Shown here piece after piece: positions 13,632-45,372 of a stretch of 64,000 nucleotides of DNA. The stretch comes from Chrysomallon squamiferum (taxonomy: Eukaryota > Animalia > Mollusca), in NCBI GenBank assembly GCA_012295275.1, contig CM022677.1, positions 10,478,001-10,542,000 on the forward strand. Reading direction: 5' to 3'. The position numbers and the translations under genes are program-made. Each line of letters opens with the position of its first letter. Position 1 is the first letter of the stretch. The notes beneath the pieces were generated by a model. The model was not told where the DNA came from. It searched no databases and was given only the letters and a program-made list of their open reading frames with translations.

Positions 13632-14643
13632 GTAAGCACTGATTGCCCTCGGTTACCAAGCAACCATTTTAAAGGTTTTGTTGTCCATGTCAGGAGAGTA
13701 GACAAAAGGTTTAAGTCTGGTCGAGTTTCAACAGCAGCATTTCTTGTTTGTTTGTGACTTTGTTCTCCTCTAACAATGTGCTATTGTCTGTATGTCTGTT
13801 GCCTAATCAGATGTACACAAGATAGAGAATCTTCATACATAATACACCCTCTCCATCTCTATCAGTCTCTCACTGTGACAGATATATAACACACAAAAAA
13901 ACAACAGAAAAAAACCCCACTATACACACAAACAAATAATAACAATATACATTTTCTATAGTATATTATCCAGTCTCTCACAGACACATACACACATACA
14001 AAAAAAAATACACAGAGATAAACAATACACAAACAATAAAAACCATAAGTCTGTTAAAGATATGTACTATAAACAAAACTTTTTTGAAACAAACATACTT
14101 TATCAATGTGAACATATATTCAAACACTGAATGAAGAGGATAAAATAAAAATTGTTGTAGATTGTAACTCAGATGTTATAACATATCAAAGGAAAAAAAT
14201 AACAACGAAACAAACAACTAATAGTTTTGTACCCATATCTTTTGCTGAGTCTGGTGGTGTTTTAAGCAAGACTCCATTTTACCTCTTTCTGTACCACTGT
14301 TGTGTCATTTACAGTCACAAAAACACTCTCTAGATCGCACTAGGCCCAGATTAGCAACAACTATTTTAGTTTGAGTTAACTTAAAAAAGAATTTATAAAA
14401 AATAAAATAAAAGAAGAAAAAAGAAAAAAGGAATATGAAAATTTGTTTTTAAAATATTTATTTATTTTCAGGAGACAGCATCAACGTCTTCTCAATGCTT
14501 CAGACAGTTGTTCATCAGTGACTGGAGAAACTGAAACTGGTTTCCCTCAATCCAGCACTGCACTGTTTCGAGATGGCAGAACCTGGTCACGAACCGAAAC
14601 CAGTTTTAACAATCCTTCATTTGTGTCACCACCTGACCAGTAA
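1..14643 (+). CDS. Gene A1, 3' part: Cys-rich (EB/EGF-like repeat) type-I membrane protein. Exons <1-331, 611-794, 3487-3816, 4689-4712, 4926-5072, 5838-6170, 6445-6624, 9412-9741, 11638-11661, 11857-12003, 12466-12798, 13114-13194, 13421-13514, 14472-14643
   Basis: Canonical AG/GT borders and phase-1 symmetric exons of 333/180/330/24/147/81 nt repeat in the order A-B-C-D-E-A-B-C-D-E-A-F, followed by a TM exon and a tail exon. Exon 611-794 is 4 nt too long (frameshift or assembly error). Confidence 0.85.
611..794 (+). CDS. A1 exon type B-long (linker Cys + 7-Cys module), frameshifted
   Basis: ttgcag|GC TAC ATT CAA; extra GT in a (GT)n run near 740 and 2 extra nt near 789 relative to the 180-nt copy at 6445-6624. 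Confidence 0.7.
3487..3816 (+). CDS. A1 exon type C (two 6-Cys modules)
   Basis: attcag|GG GTT AAA ... CAG TCT G|gttagt; 330 nt open. Confidence 0.88.
4106..4325. mobile_element. hAT-type MITE, about 220 bp, in the C-D intron
   Basis: Ends CAGTGGTGTGCAGAG ... CTCAGCATGCCACTG form imperfect TIRs; flanked by 8-bp near-duplication gcaagatg / acaagatt (acaagatg in the copies at 11299 and 61344). Confidence 0.7.
4689..4712 (+). CDS. A1 24-nt micro-exon D (DDGKNCTF, single Cys)
   Basis: tctttcag|ATGATGGAAAAAATTGCACATTTG|gtaagc; conserved in 5 copies. Confidence 0.8.
4926..5072 (+). CDS. A1 exon type E (7-Cys module; this copy has an extra Cys)
   Basis: tccag|CT AAA ATT TGT ... ATT CCA G|gtaaga; 147 nt. 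Confidence 0.85.
5838..6170 (+). CDS. A1 exon type A
   Basis: cattcag|TT GTG GTT ... CCA GAA G|gtaagt; 333 nt. Confidence 0.88.
6445..6624 (+). CDS. A1 exon type B-long
   Basis: GYIQPVTCIQAVFPFTNLGQACTDDSSCP...SACIK; 180 nt; donor gtaaga. Confidence 0.85.
6598..6785 (+). repeat. 51-bp tandem repeat spanning the exon B 3' end and donor site
   Basis: AAAG|GTAAGA occurs at 6625, 6676, 6727 and 6778. Confidence 0.85.
9412..9741 (+). CDS. A1 exon type C
   Basis: 330 nt, AG/GT borders, paralog of 3487-3816. Confidence 0.88.
11638..11661 (+). CDS. A1 micro-exon D
   Basis: ctttcag|24 nt|gtaagc. Confidence 0.8.
11857..12003 (+). CDS. A1 exon type E (4th Cys shifted)
   Basis: 147 nt; AKVGDICNDTVICPLHSKCMNCSGGSGRRCWCESGY... 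Confidence 0.85.
12466..12798 (+). CDS. A1 exon type A
   Basis: 333 nt, AG/GT borders. Confidence 0.88.
12920..13135 (+). repeat. Tandem copies of the exon F acceptor plus its first ~21 nt (also 62990-63157)
   Basis: (attt)n-caggctatgttccaccagtgacctg repeated about 4 times with decay. Confidence 0.75.
13114..13194 (+). CDS. A1 juxtamembrane exon F (GYVPPVTCIQGVLPLRADPPDFTSEAE)
   Basis: tttcag|GC TAT ... GAA G|gtaaaa; 81 nt; conserved at 63136-63216. Confidence 0.82.
13421..13514 (+). CDS. A1 transmembrane exon (GSSPYLFFYVLVPAVLILTAVLVTVTTIIRRR)
   Basis: ttgcag|...|gtgagc; about 24 hydrophobic residues followed by RRR; three conserved copies in the window. Confidence 0.88.
14472..14643 (+). 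CDS. A1 terminal exon, cytoplasmic tail ending ...TETSFNNPSFVSPPDQ*
   Basis: ttttcag|G AGA CAG; phase 2 matches the TM exon; TAA at 14641-14643; paralog at 35326-35503. Confidence 0.85.
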
Positions 14644-16493
14644 GCTCAGCTCAAGCAGCTGAAGGAATTTTTATTTTAATGAAGAAGAAAAATAAATAAC
14701 AAAAAGATGAAGAAAAATAAGCAAAATTATTTGTAGGAATAATATTGTCAAGGTAGTGTAATAAATATTTCATATATATTAAATTGTTGTTGGTTTGTTT
14801 TTTTATCTTTAAAATAGATCTGCATGGTAAATACCTAAATTTAGTTATCATGGAGGTGGAAACTAAATAACAAGAAATTAGGAATAATATCAAATATTAT
14901 AAAATTGTTGTGTGTTTTTTCTTTGAGATAATCAGTTTGCATGATTATGTAAGTTCATAATTTTATAAACAATCAGTGCAAACAGAAAATAAAAAAACTT
15001 ACATATCTGTAACTTGAAACCTAAGGTCTGTTCATGTAAATATTTTCATAATATATAAATCTTACCTACTGAAACAACTGACAATTTACCATATATCTTT
15101 CCACACCAAAAATCTGAATATAAAATTGTCAGAGCCACTGATAAATTAAGTGAGCTGTAAACAGATGTGAACCAGGGTTTTAAAAATTTAAAAATAAAAT
15201 AATAGAATTCCTTGGACTATCTGGTCTTGCTAGGATTGCAATGGGATGAATGGGAAATAAGGAGGTGATTGACTGGAATTCAATTAACTAACTAGTTACG
15301 CATATAAGAGTTTAAAAAAAAAAAAAATAATTTAAATGAACCTCTGAAAAAAAACAACTCAATCCACCCTCTCCCAAAAAAAACAACAAAATAAATAAAT
15401 AAATAAATAAAACCAACAAAGTCTATAGTCATTGTTTCATTTGTTAATAAATAACAATAATTATAAATACAAACATATATAAAAGCGAAATTATTTTCTA
15501 ATAATTTTCTCTAATACTACATGCACATCTAGTAAAAGTAAAAACTGGGTTTTATACCAATTTTTAAGGTATATTCTAAATTACACATTTGTTTCTACAA
15601 TCCTCAAATTTTGTAAATTAAGAGATTTATGAAAAATTCTACATTAACAAATATATAACTAACAAACTGTTTACTATCCATCATGATAGTAACTTAATTG
15701 TTAAATTTAATTAATCATAAAGAAGTTTCGCTTCTTGCAGTTATTCAAAATTGTCAATCACATAATAGAACAATCATTTTTAATTATTATTGTTTTTTAA
15801 ACCACAAAATTCGACTAATTATATACCTATAGGGAGAAAACATGATAGAAAATAGTAATAGTAGATCAGTGAGGAAACCAATATATAAATTATGAAAACG
15901 TCAATTTTTAAAAACGAAAGGAAAGAATATAACAATTTTAAAATCTAATTATAAACAATTTATATCTGCTTATCTTTCTAAACAACTCACAAAATTATAA
16001 AAATACTAGTCAGAGGGAGGGGTTACTAAATAAAGAACAAGTTAAATGTGTTTTGAAAACAATTCAGTTTATAAGCAAGAACTCTTTTCAGTTTGCCTCA
16101 CTTCAGTTTGCTTTAAGGTTTTGTCCGCCTGTGGTAAGTCTTATGAGAATTTAAAAATATTTTGTAAATTTTCATTTTTAGACATGATAATTTTTATTTT
16201 TTTAAATTATTATATCTTCTTTTCTATTTATTTTGATTAATTATTTTATATTATTTTATTATTATTATTTTTTTTATATATAATTTTTTAAGTAACTATA
16301 TTTAAGAAACACACTTAGACAAATAAACAATCACCCGTTCGCACGCATCAAATACATTCACACAAAAAAAAACAACTTATAGAGATTTAAATATTTATTT
16401 ATTTATTATTTATTCATTAGTTTTGATTTAGTCTATTAGTTATTTAGTTAATTGCTTAATTCTAATATTATATATCCTTTAAACTTCTTATTC

Positions 16494-16580
<87 letters not shown>

Positions 16581-16967
16581 ATAAATATATAAAACATAAA
16601 ATGATATACATTTAATTTGTTTCTTTTGCTGTAGTAATGATCTAATTATTAATTATTTTTTCACCAATATATCAGAGGGACAAATAAGGTCACTTTTTAA
16701 ATAATATTCTTTTAATTTATTATAATTATTTTATTCATTTTTCTATTCATAATGCGATTCTATAATAGGATATAAATTTATTAAATTAAACAATTATTAA
16801 TTAATAATTTCACCAATATTTTTAACAATAAAAGGGGGATTTTTCCTTATTTTATTAATATTCCTAATTTTTAATTATGTATTATTTAATTAATTAATTT
16901 GTGTATTTTTGTATTCATTTATTATAATAAATTTTAATAGATTTTTTATTTATTCTCTTTTATTCAG

Positions 16968-17117
16968 GTGATAATCTGAAGATAATGGGAATATGTAAAA
17001 CGTCACCCAATTTGTGCCCCATCAACTCTAAATGTTTGAACGTGGGATGTCTGGGCGAGCGATGTGTCTGTGAGAACGGAACCGTGGCAGATTCTGATCA
17101 AACACAGTGTCTTAAAC
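16968..17117 (+). CDS. B1 7-Cys EB-like exon
   Basis: tattcag|GT GAT AAT CTG...; GDNLKIMGICKTSPNLCPINSKCLNVGCLGERCVCENGTVADSDQTQCLK; homolog of A3 exon 49931-50080; weak donor gtatag. Confidence 0.7.
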
Positions 17118-17125
17118 GTATAGTC

Positions 17126-17176
<51 letters not shown>

Positions 17177-18333
17177 TACTGATTTATTCAATTGTTTCCC
17201 CTTGTAGCAGGATTAACGAAACAATGTAACAGTTAACTTTTGATGTTTCGTGTACTGTTTACACAACAATTCTCTTTTTCTTCTTCTTCTTTTTATCGAT
17301 AGAATATTTTTTATTTTGCATTATTATAATACAATAGTAGATCTGAGTAAATTATATATCTATTATTTATTACAGTTGTTTATAATATAATGTTGTTTAC
17401 CGTAAAAATATAATGCAATGTAATAATAGTTATAATACAGATGACAAATAGACAATATAATACAATTCAGACAACAAGTAACAGCAGAACACAACACAAC
17501 AAAATTCAGCTTAACATCGCATAATGTATTACAATACATCCAGTCAAATAATACAATAAAATAAGATATAAAAATATACAACATAGCATACAAAATATAC
17601 ACAATATAATATAGTCTAATACAGGGTACTACAGTGTAAAATAATACAATAAAATTCAACATAATATAATATAATATAATATAATCCACACATTACATTA
17701 AAACAACATAAGGCTAATGCAAAATACACAAACAACAACAACAACAAAAACATCAACAACACACAATACGATACAGTCCAGAGTGTGTACATGTGTTCTA
17801 GAATAATTTTTGTTTCTCACCAAGACAACAACAATCTCTCATGTTTGCTTTAATATTTCAGGAGAATCTTTGCAAGCAGAATGTTTAGGTAAATACATTT
17901 TAATAATAATAATAATAATAACTCATGCTACTCATGATTGTAATAATGATGATGAAAATAAAATTGTTAGAAGTAAAAACAGACACAGCATTTATAGTGA
18001 TGCAAAATAGTGCATCAGTAGTTGTAATACTACATCAGCTACATCTACTACTACTACTACAATGACTGAGCCTCAAACTCCAACATCTACCACAACACCA
18101 GCATCTACTAAAGGAAAAACTGAACCTACAGATAAATAAACATCAGCTACACCTCCTACTACTGAGGCTCGAACTACAAAACCTCCCACAACAGTAGAAA
18201 CAACAATTGTAACTAAATCTGGTCAGTAGAAGTTGTAGTTGCAGAAATAGTAAATGTTGAGGTTTTACAGGAATAGAAATAGTGGTTGTAATTGTAATAG
18301 TAGATTCTGTAGTTGTAGTAGGAATAGATTTCG

Positions 18334-18384
<51 letters not shown>

Positions 18385-19096
18385 TTTTGTTTTTGTTTTG
18401 TTTCAAGATCTTGTGTATATAAACTATATAACTTTATACTGGATTTCAGCTCTGTGTCAGAAAGATGATATCGTGGCAGACATCATTCCTGCATACAAAG
18501 TGTTTGTCAATGACAACAACTGTCCACACATCAGTGGAGGATGTCCAGGTTAGTGAAAGAGAAAAAGAAAAAACAAAAGTTTGTTGTTTTTGTATTCAAG
18601 TAATTTTAGTAAACAAATGTTTGTGGTGAGTTTTATTTTGTAGTTAAATAATTTTAGCAAACATATGTTTGTGGTGAGTTTTATTTTGTAGTTAAGAAAT
18701 TTTTACAAACAAATGTTTTATTCTGTAGATAGTACCTCCTATTTCTATAGCCTTTTCATAGTGAGAAAAAAGTTTAAATGTATCTCTTTTATATAATTCT
18801 TTAGAAGGTCTGACTCAAGATAAAATAATATATTTCTATATATGTCAGGAAAGTACAGTGAATGTGGCCAACTGATAACAAAACTCATCTAAATTTATGA
18901 GCAAACTTGTGATGTACATGTTCATATTGTCCTAATGGCAGACAGCACAACATACTTGTGTTTTACTCTCATCTGGGTCATCTTGTGGTCACTTTGTGCT
19001 GCTTTAGACAGCTGAATCAGATCACAGTCTGGTGGTCAATGATCTACAGAGTTTCTCCGAGGCCAACACACAGTCGCTATACACAGAATTCACATT

Positions 19097-19325
19097 TAAA
19101 CCTATTCCTACTACAACTACATCTACTATTACAATTACTATTACTAACTGTATTCCTACTGCAACTACTATTACAATTATTATTACTAACTGTATTCCTA
19201 CTATAACTACGTCTACTATTACAATTACTAACTGTATTCCTACTACATCTACTATTACAATTACTATTACTAACTCTATTCCTACTACAACTACATCTAC
19301 TATTACAATCACTACCACTATCACA
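19097..19325 (+). repeat. 42/48-bp minisatellite (actgtattcctactacaactacatctactattacaattactattacta)
   Basis: About 5 units visible; inverted relative to 18228-18330. Confidence 0.85.
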
Positions 19326-19494
19326 TGATAATATCAGTATTTTTGAACTTACAGCCATATCTGGATTCATAAAATCAAATAAATGTCTTTAGTTTTAATA
19401 TTGGTTTAGTATTAATGTGATAAGTGATTACTAATTTTTAATTTTAACAAGTGATGTTTGTTCTATCTTGATTCTGTTGTTTTGTTTGTTTCAG

Positions 19495-19605
19495 TGACAT
19501 GTTCATCTAGACAGCCGAGAATTTGTCACATTTATTATGAAGTAAACTGTAAATTTACTTCTTTCATGAAAGCTTGTCCAGTTAAATATCACACTTGTAG
19601 TAACT
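19495..19605 (+). CDS. B1 ShKT-like exon (VTCSSRQPRICHIYYEVNCKFTSFMKACPVKYHTCSN)
   Basis: tttcag|...|gtgagt, 111 nt, phase 1-1; C-x7-C-x7-C-x8-CPxx[Y]xxC spacing fits ShKT with Cys5 replaced by Tyr (TAT). Confidence 0.6.
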
Positions 19606-19642
19606 GTGAGTTCATTTCTTATTAAAGAAAATTGTGTAGTAT

Positions 19643-19724
<82 letters not shown>

Positions 19725-19883
19725 AATATTTAAAATATATGCAATATATTGAATATTTAAGATAATTTTCTTTGTTTTGCAGAATGGAACTGTGAATCAG
19801 GACTTCATGGATGCCAAAAAGACACAGAACTAAAATAAAAAGATGTAGGAATTATATAAAATGTTTTTAAAATTTATTTTTGT

Positions 19884-19942
<59 letters not shown>

Positions 19943-20234
19943 ATCTATATCATAATGTGTTTTATTTCTGTATTGATAACCAGTGCAGCTGATTGAGATT
20001 AACAAAAACAACAAAAGCTTGTTTACACATCTTCCTTTAATAACCAGTACAAAAACATTCCTGTTTTCTGAATCAATAATAATCTGTCAGTGAGATACAA
20101 GACATTCATTTCAGCACTGCAGAGTAATTTTAAAATGAAGAGGTTTTAATTCTACAAATATTTTTGTAAGTTAAATGTAAACAGAGAAATGGAGGCATGC
20201 TGATTTGCTATGTAAGTTAATAAAAATAGCAATA

Positions 20235-20293
<59 letters not shown>

Positions 20294-20297
20294 TAGC

Positions 20298-20344
<47 letters not shown>

Positions 20345-20650
20345 GGGTATTAATTACTGGAATGGTGTAATAATGGTATAATAATAGTATTAATGGTAAT
20401 AATAATAATAATAGAATACTAATAAAAATATAACAAACAAAGGATGGTAATAATAGTAGTAGTAATAATAATAATAATAATAATGATTAGTAAAAAACAA
20501 ACTAAAAGTATAAACACGAGGTAAATACTGAAAGATAAAATGAAAGAAAGAAAACAAAAATGAATGAGATATCAGTTTGCTTTATCCCTCCAATGTGATG
20601 CTCCCAACTGCTCATGCACTGATGATATTTATATAAGTTTCTCAAATTAC

Positions 20651-20681
<31 letters not shown>

Positions 20682-21750
20682 TCATACATACATACATATA
20701 TATATATATACACACACACTAATACTGCCAGTTGTGTGTGTGTGTGTGTGTGTATGTATATATATATATATATATGAATATAAGCAGATGCAGTGATGGT
20801 AGTAAAAGGAGTAATAACTATAGACACTGTTATTGTACTAATAGTAGCAGTAGTTGCAGTATTAACAGAAGCAGCTGTAAGAGTAGCAGTAGAAGACGTG
20901 GTACTAGTAATAGTATTATAAGCAGCACCCATAGTAGTAACAGCTGAGCGAATGTTAGTATTAGTATTAATAGTTGTCTGTAGTAGTAATAGTGTAGAAC
21001 AGCAATAACAGAAGTAGTTCTAAAGCACCAATAATCCATAATAGTATTTACTAGTAATGGTATGTAGTAGTAGTACTAGTAGTATCAGAAGCGGTATTAT
21101 AATTTTATAATGTTTTTAAAAAATAATTTCTAGCAAGATAATATGTTTTACACGCAAACACTCACACAGACACGAATTATTTTTAAATAAATAAATAAAA
21201 TATTTAAAATGCAGGTGTTAGTCAGGTAATGTGTTTTGTTGAACATTGAGAGACACACCCAGTCAGTATTTAGACTGGAAAAGTAGTGAAGTGTGACCAT
21301 TAAATTTTATAATTTTCAGTGATGCGGTGATTCATTTGATCTGTTATACAAAGGATTATTTTCTGTAAACACACCCATACCTAGACAAAATGATGTATAC
21401 ATTTTTCACAAACACATACATACATATATATACAAATATAGAGTACACACACATACACACACACACGAAACACCCACACACACAAACATATCTACCCATA
21501 TACCTACAGACTTGCAACACAAACACATACACACATACACATATAAAATTATAAAATTAAATAACGAACAGAAAATATATAAATAAAAATAAAATAAAAT
21601 AAAATAAATAAATAAACAAACAAAAAGAAAAAGAAAAGATGAATATAAACATTACATCTTTTCATTATAATTCTCTGATTTATTTTTAATGTATCCTTTT
21701 TTACTATTTATTTAACATATTTTTCTTTTAAGTTAAGAACAATTTTTATT

Positions 21751-21786
<36 letters not shown>

Positions 21787-22519
21787 CATTGATAAACCAA
21801 AAGCTAGCTGTGTCTTATTGTTAACGATTTTGTTTGCAGGAAAAAAAATCACCGACTAAAACAAAGACACATTCACTGGATCGTTAAAGCAGGATATCGT
21901 TAAGCGAGATGTTACTGTATTTATACATTAATAATCGCTTTCCAAATAATCTGAAACAGTTCATTATAATGACTGAGGTAAAGACATGCATGTCAATAAG
22001 ACCATTGAACCACATTTAGCCTTTCGACGAATTGGGAATTCTACCAAATGGGAGTAAGCCTCACAAGGTTGAAATGAGGATGCTCTAAACAGAAATAAAT
22101 AATTCAATAAATAAAACTGAAGTAAGTATTAAATGTTTTTGCGATAATTATGGTGTTACCTTTTCAAGAAAGCTCAAGACTAATGTTTATTCAAAAAAAA
22201 AAAAAAAAAAAAATCTAACTTTAATACAGCCGACAAAATATATCATTTCATTGTTAATAATTGCGTTTGTATGAAAAGTAATCAAAGACATACATGTACA
22301 CTTTTTCTCTCTCTTTCTCTCTTTCTTTCTCTGTCATACACATATGCTCGCACACGCACACACGCACACGCACACACACACAAACACGCGCACACAGTCA
22401 CAAACAAACTAAAAATGTATTAAAAAATAAAAATGAAATAATGCAAAGGCGACAATTTCAGTTTCTTTTATACCCATCTATTCTTAGTCGACGTGCTGTC
22501 TACAGACTTGTGCATGTTT

Positions 22520-22732
22520 ATCAAAAATATGATGCGTGACCAGCAGACGTATTGTTGCGTGCATGTCGTCACACAATAGATGTACCCGGGACGCACTTCA
22601 TTATGCATACATCCCGGATACAGGGTGTGCTGCTCATAAAAAACACACGCAGAGAAACACCTTACAGACGACATCAGCAAAAAGCGACATCAATTTCATC
22701 TTCTTTCATTTTATTAGAAAGAATTCGAAGAA
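22520..22732 (+). promoter_or_regulatory. Probable promoter and non-coding first exon of A2
   Basis: CpG-containing segment conserved with 48735-48949; TATA-like CATAAAAAA at 22635; ends in donor |gtaagt at 22733; next exon carries the ATG. Confidence 0.55.
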
Positions 22733-23204
22733 GTAAGTGATAAAATTATATCTGATTATTTAATGTGTTGCACAAAGAATGTGTATATAAATAAGAAATA
22801 TTTGTTTATTCCGTTTTTTCGGTTTTATTTATTTATTTATTTAACTTCTTATTTACTTAGTTTCACAATAATATTTTTTCTCGTTATTTATTAATTCAAG
22901 ATTTTATTTCATTAGTCTGTTGCTGTATTTCATTGGCAAGTTGATTAATTAATTCTTAAAATTAGAACTCTATCAGTAATATAAATATATCAATTAATTA
23001 AAACTGGAATTTCTTAACTGTCTACTTTCTTCTAACTTACTATTTATTATCAGTTAATTATTTATTTATTTATTTATTTATTTCCTTATTTCTTGATCCA
23101 GTTATACTAACGACATTGTCTAGACATTTTAAACAAAAATAAATTTTATTTATTAATTTTATTTGCTATATTTTCAGTAGACGCTGAAGAAATCTCAAAA
23201 GAAA

Positions 23205-35503
<12,299 letters not shown>

Positions 35504-35789
35504 GCTCAACTCAAGCAGCTGAAGGAATTTTTATTTTAATGAAGAAGAAAAATAAATAAGAAAAAAATCAAGAAAAATAATCAATATTATTTGTAGGAAT
35601 AATATTATCAACATAGTATAATAAATATTTTTACGTATTAAATTGTTGTTGGTTCTTTTATCATTAAAATAGATCTGCATGATAACATGCCTAAAAATAA
35701 AATAAAATAAATAAATAAAATAAAATAAAATAATAATAATAATAAGTAAAACCAACAAAGTCTGTATTCACTGTTTTATTCATTAACAC

Positions 35790-35834
<45 letters not shown>

Positions 35835-36955
35835 TATAAATAGAAACATATATAAAAGCGAAATTAGTTTCTAATAATTTGTCTAATACTACATGCACAT
35901 CTAGTAAAAGTAAAAACTGAGTTTTATACCAATTTTTGGGTATATTCTACATTCACATGTTTGTATCTAAAATACTCAAGTCATGTAAATTAAGAGATTA
36001 TGAAAAATTCTATATTAAAAAGTATATAAATAACAAACTGTTTACTGTCCATCATGATAGTAACATAATTATTAAATTTAATTAATCATAAAGAAATAAC
36101 AAAATATATGAACATCACTTCTTGTAGTTATTAAAAATTGTCACTCAATCACATAATAAAAGAAAAATTTTAATTCTTTTTTTTTTAAACCACTAAATTC
36201 AACTAATTATATTCCTATAGGGAGAAAACATGAGAGAAAATAGTAATAGTAGATCAGAAAGGAAAACAGTATTATTTAAATTATGAAAACGTCTATTTTT
36301 TAGAAAAACAAGGAAATAATATAAAGTTTTAAAATCTAATTACAAACAATTTATATCTGATTATCTTTCTAAACAACATACAGAATTATAAAAATACAAG
36401 TTTTAATTTTTAAAACAAATCATGATGATAATTGATTACACAAATATTAATCAACATGAAACATAATATACTGTTTAGTATATTTTCTACATCAAAAATA
36501 TCAAAAATTAAATAAATTAACAAAAATAAAAAATTATTATTTCTAAAAAACGTATTTACTAATTTTAAAGAAAACTGGAAGACTTTGTTCAGCTATAAAA
36601 CACATAAGTTACAATTCTATATAATTATTATCTAGGAAAATAGAATCTACAGAATTAAATGAATAAATAAAGCCATACTTACTTTATAGTGATTTTTAAT
36701 CATTATTATTTATTGATTGATTTATTTATCACAATAATAAAAATAATAATAATTCTTTATTAGTAGCAGTAGTATTATTAACAAAAAACTAAATACAAAG
36801 GATAGCAGCAAATAATTTGTGTGTGAGTGCGTGCGTTCGTGTGTGTGTCAAATTGATTGAATTTCGAATATCTTGTGTGAGAACGAGTTCTTGAAAAAAT
36901 ATTGAAATTCCAAATAATAAAAATGTTCAGTTTTCCATACCCTACCATAATATAC

Positions 36956-37049
<94 letters not shown>

Positions 37050-37288
37050 CTCGCATTATTTACTGTTGATATACTTATTTGCTTCTCTTTTATTATTAAT
37101 TAAACATGTTTATCTTTTTGTCACTCAAACGCGAACGCACAAAAGAGACGTTTTCAAAGGAAACATTTTATTGTGTTGTTAAATAAGAACGACTGATCTT
37201 GCATTTCTTACGTTTTGTTCTGTCCACGTTTGGTATACATCCTGGATTCCAGTAAGAGGGAGGGGTTACTAAATAAAGAACAAGTTAA

Positions 37289-44924
<7,636 letters not shown>

Positions 44925-44962
44925 AAGAGACAGAAAAATGTAGAAATACATATACATGTATA

Positions 44963-45279
44963 CACCTCGACTTAAGACTTTTAGAGTTACAAGCAGTCGC
45001 CTGGTCGTCTTTTGTTTTGAGATGCGAGTTAAAATCCGAGATACGAGCGAGCTTCAGATACACCGCCACTAGTTGGCGCAACGAACAGTATAATATCCGG
45101 CCAGCATTCCACGTCTCACTTGTTTACTTCACGTGATTACCTCATCATGAAAATATCTCTGAGGTGTTGTGCTCGCATTTTGTGCAGTATTTTGCCAAAT
45201 TCCTTTTTTCTGGCCATGGATTCTAAGAACGTGATTGCAAAGGACAGTGCTGACAAGGAAAAGCGGATGATGTCCATTG
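44963..45279 (+). mobile_element. Duplicated 5' fragment of the Tigger/pogo element
   Basis: Collinear with 45592-45924, including ATGGATTCTAAGAACGTG (transposase start). Confidence 0.8.
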
Positions 45280-45302
45280 CTATGTAAGTTAATACAAAGA
45301 GC

Positions 45303-45372
<70 letters not shown>

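Larger units (their letters stand above)
16046..19784 (+). pseudogene. Gene B1: deleted paralog, possibly a 158-aa secreted minigene. Exons 16046-16133, 16968-17117, 17862-17888, 18450-18548, 19495-19605, 19783+; mucin remnant about 18028-18221
   Basis: All listed exons are phase 1 and splice in frame to a T|AA stop. Compared with B2, upstream DNA, two Cys exons and most of the middle of the gene are deleted; the mucin remnant lacks an acceptor and contains a TAA. Confidence 0.6.

Noticed and set aside
18935-19098. Signal-peptide-like MADSTTYLCFTLIWVILWSLCAALDS followed by two in-frame TGA codons (selenoprotein idea)
   Set aside because: The paralog near 43923 has a TGA after 8 codons, no SECIS element was recognised, and there is no supporting gene structure
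22536-22740. ORFs conserved in two copies (also 48753-48957)
   Set aside because: They use non-ATG starts and several frames are open; they are better explained as promoter plus 5' UTR exon conserved by recent duplication
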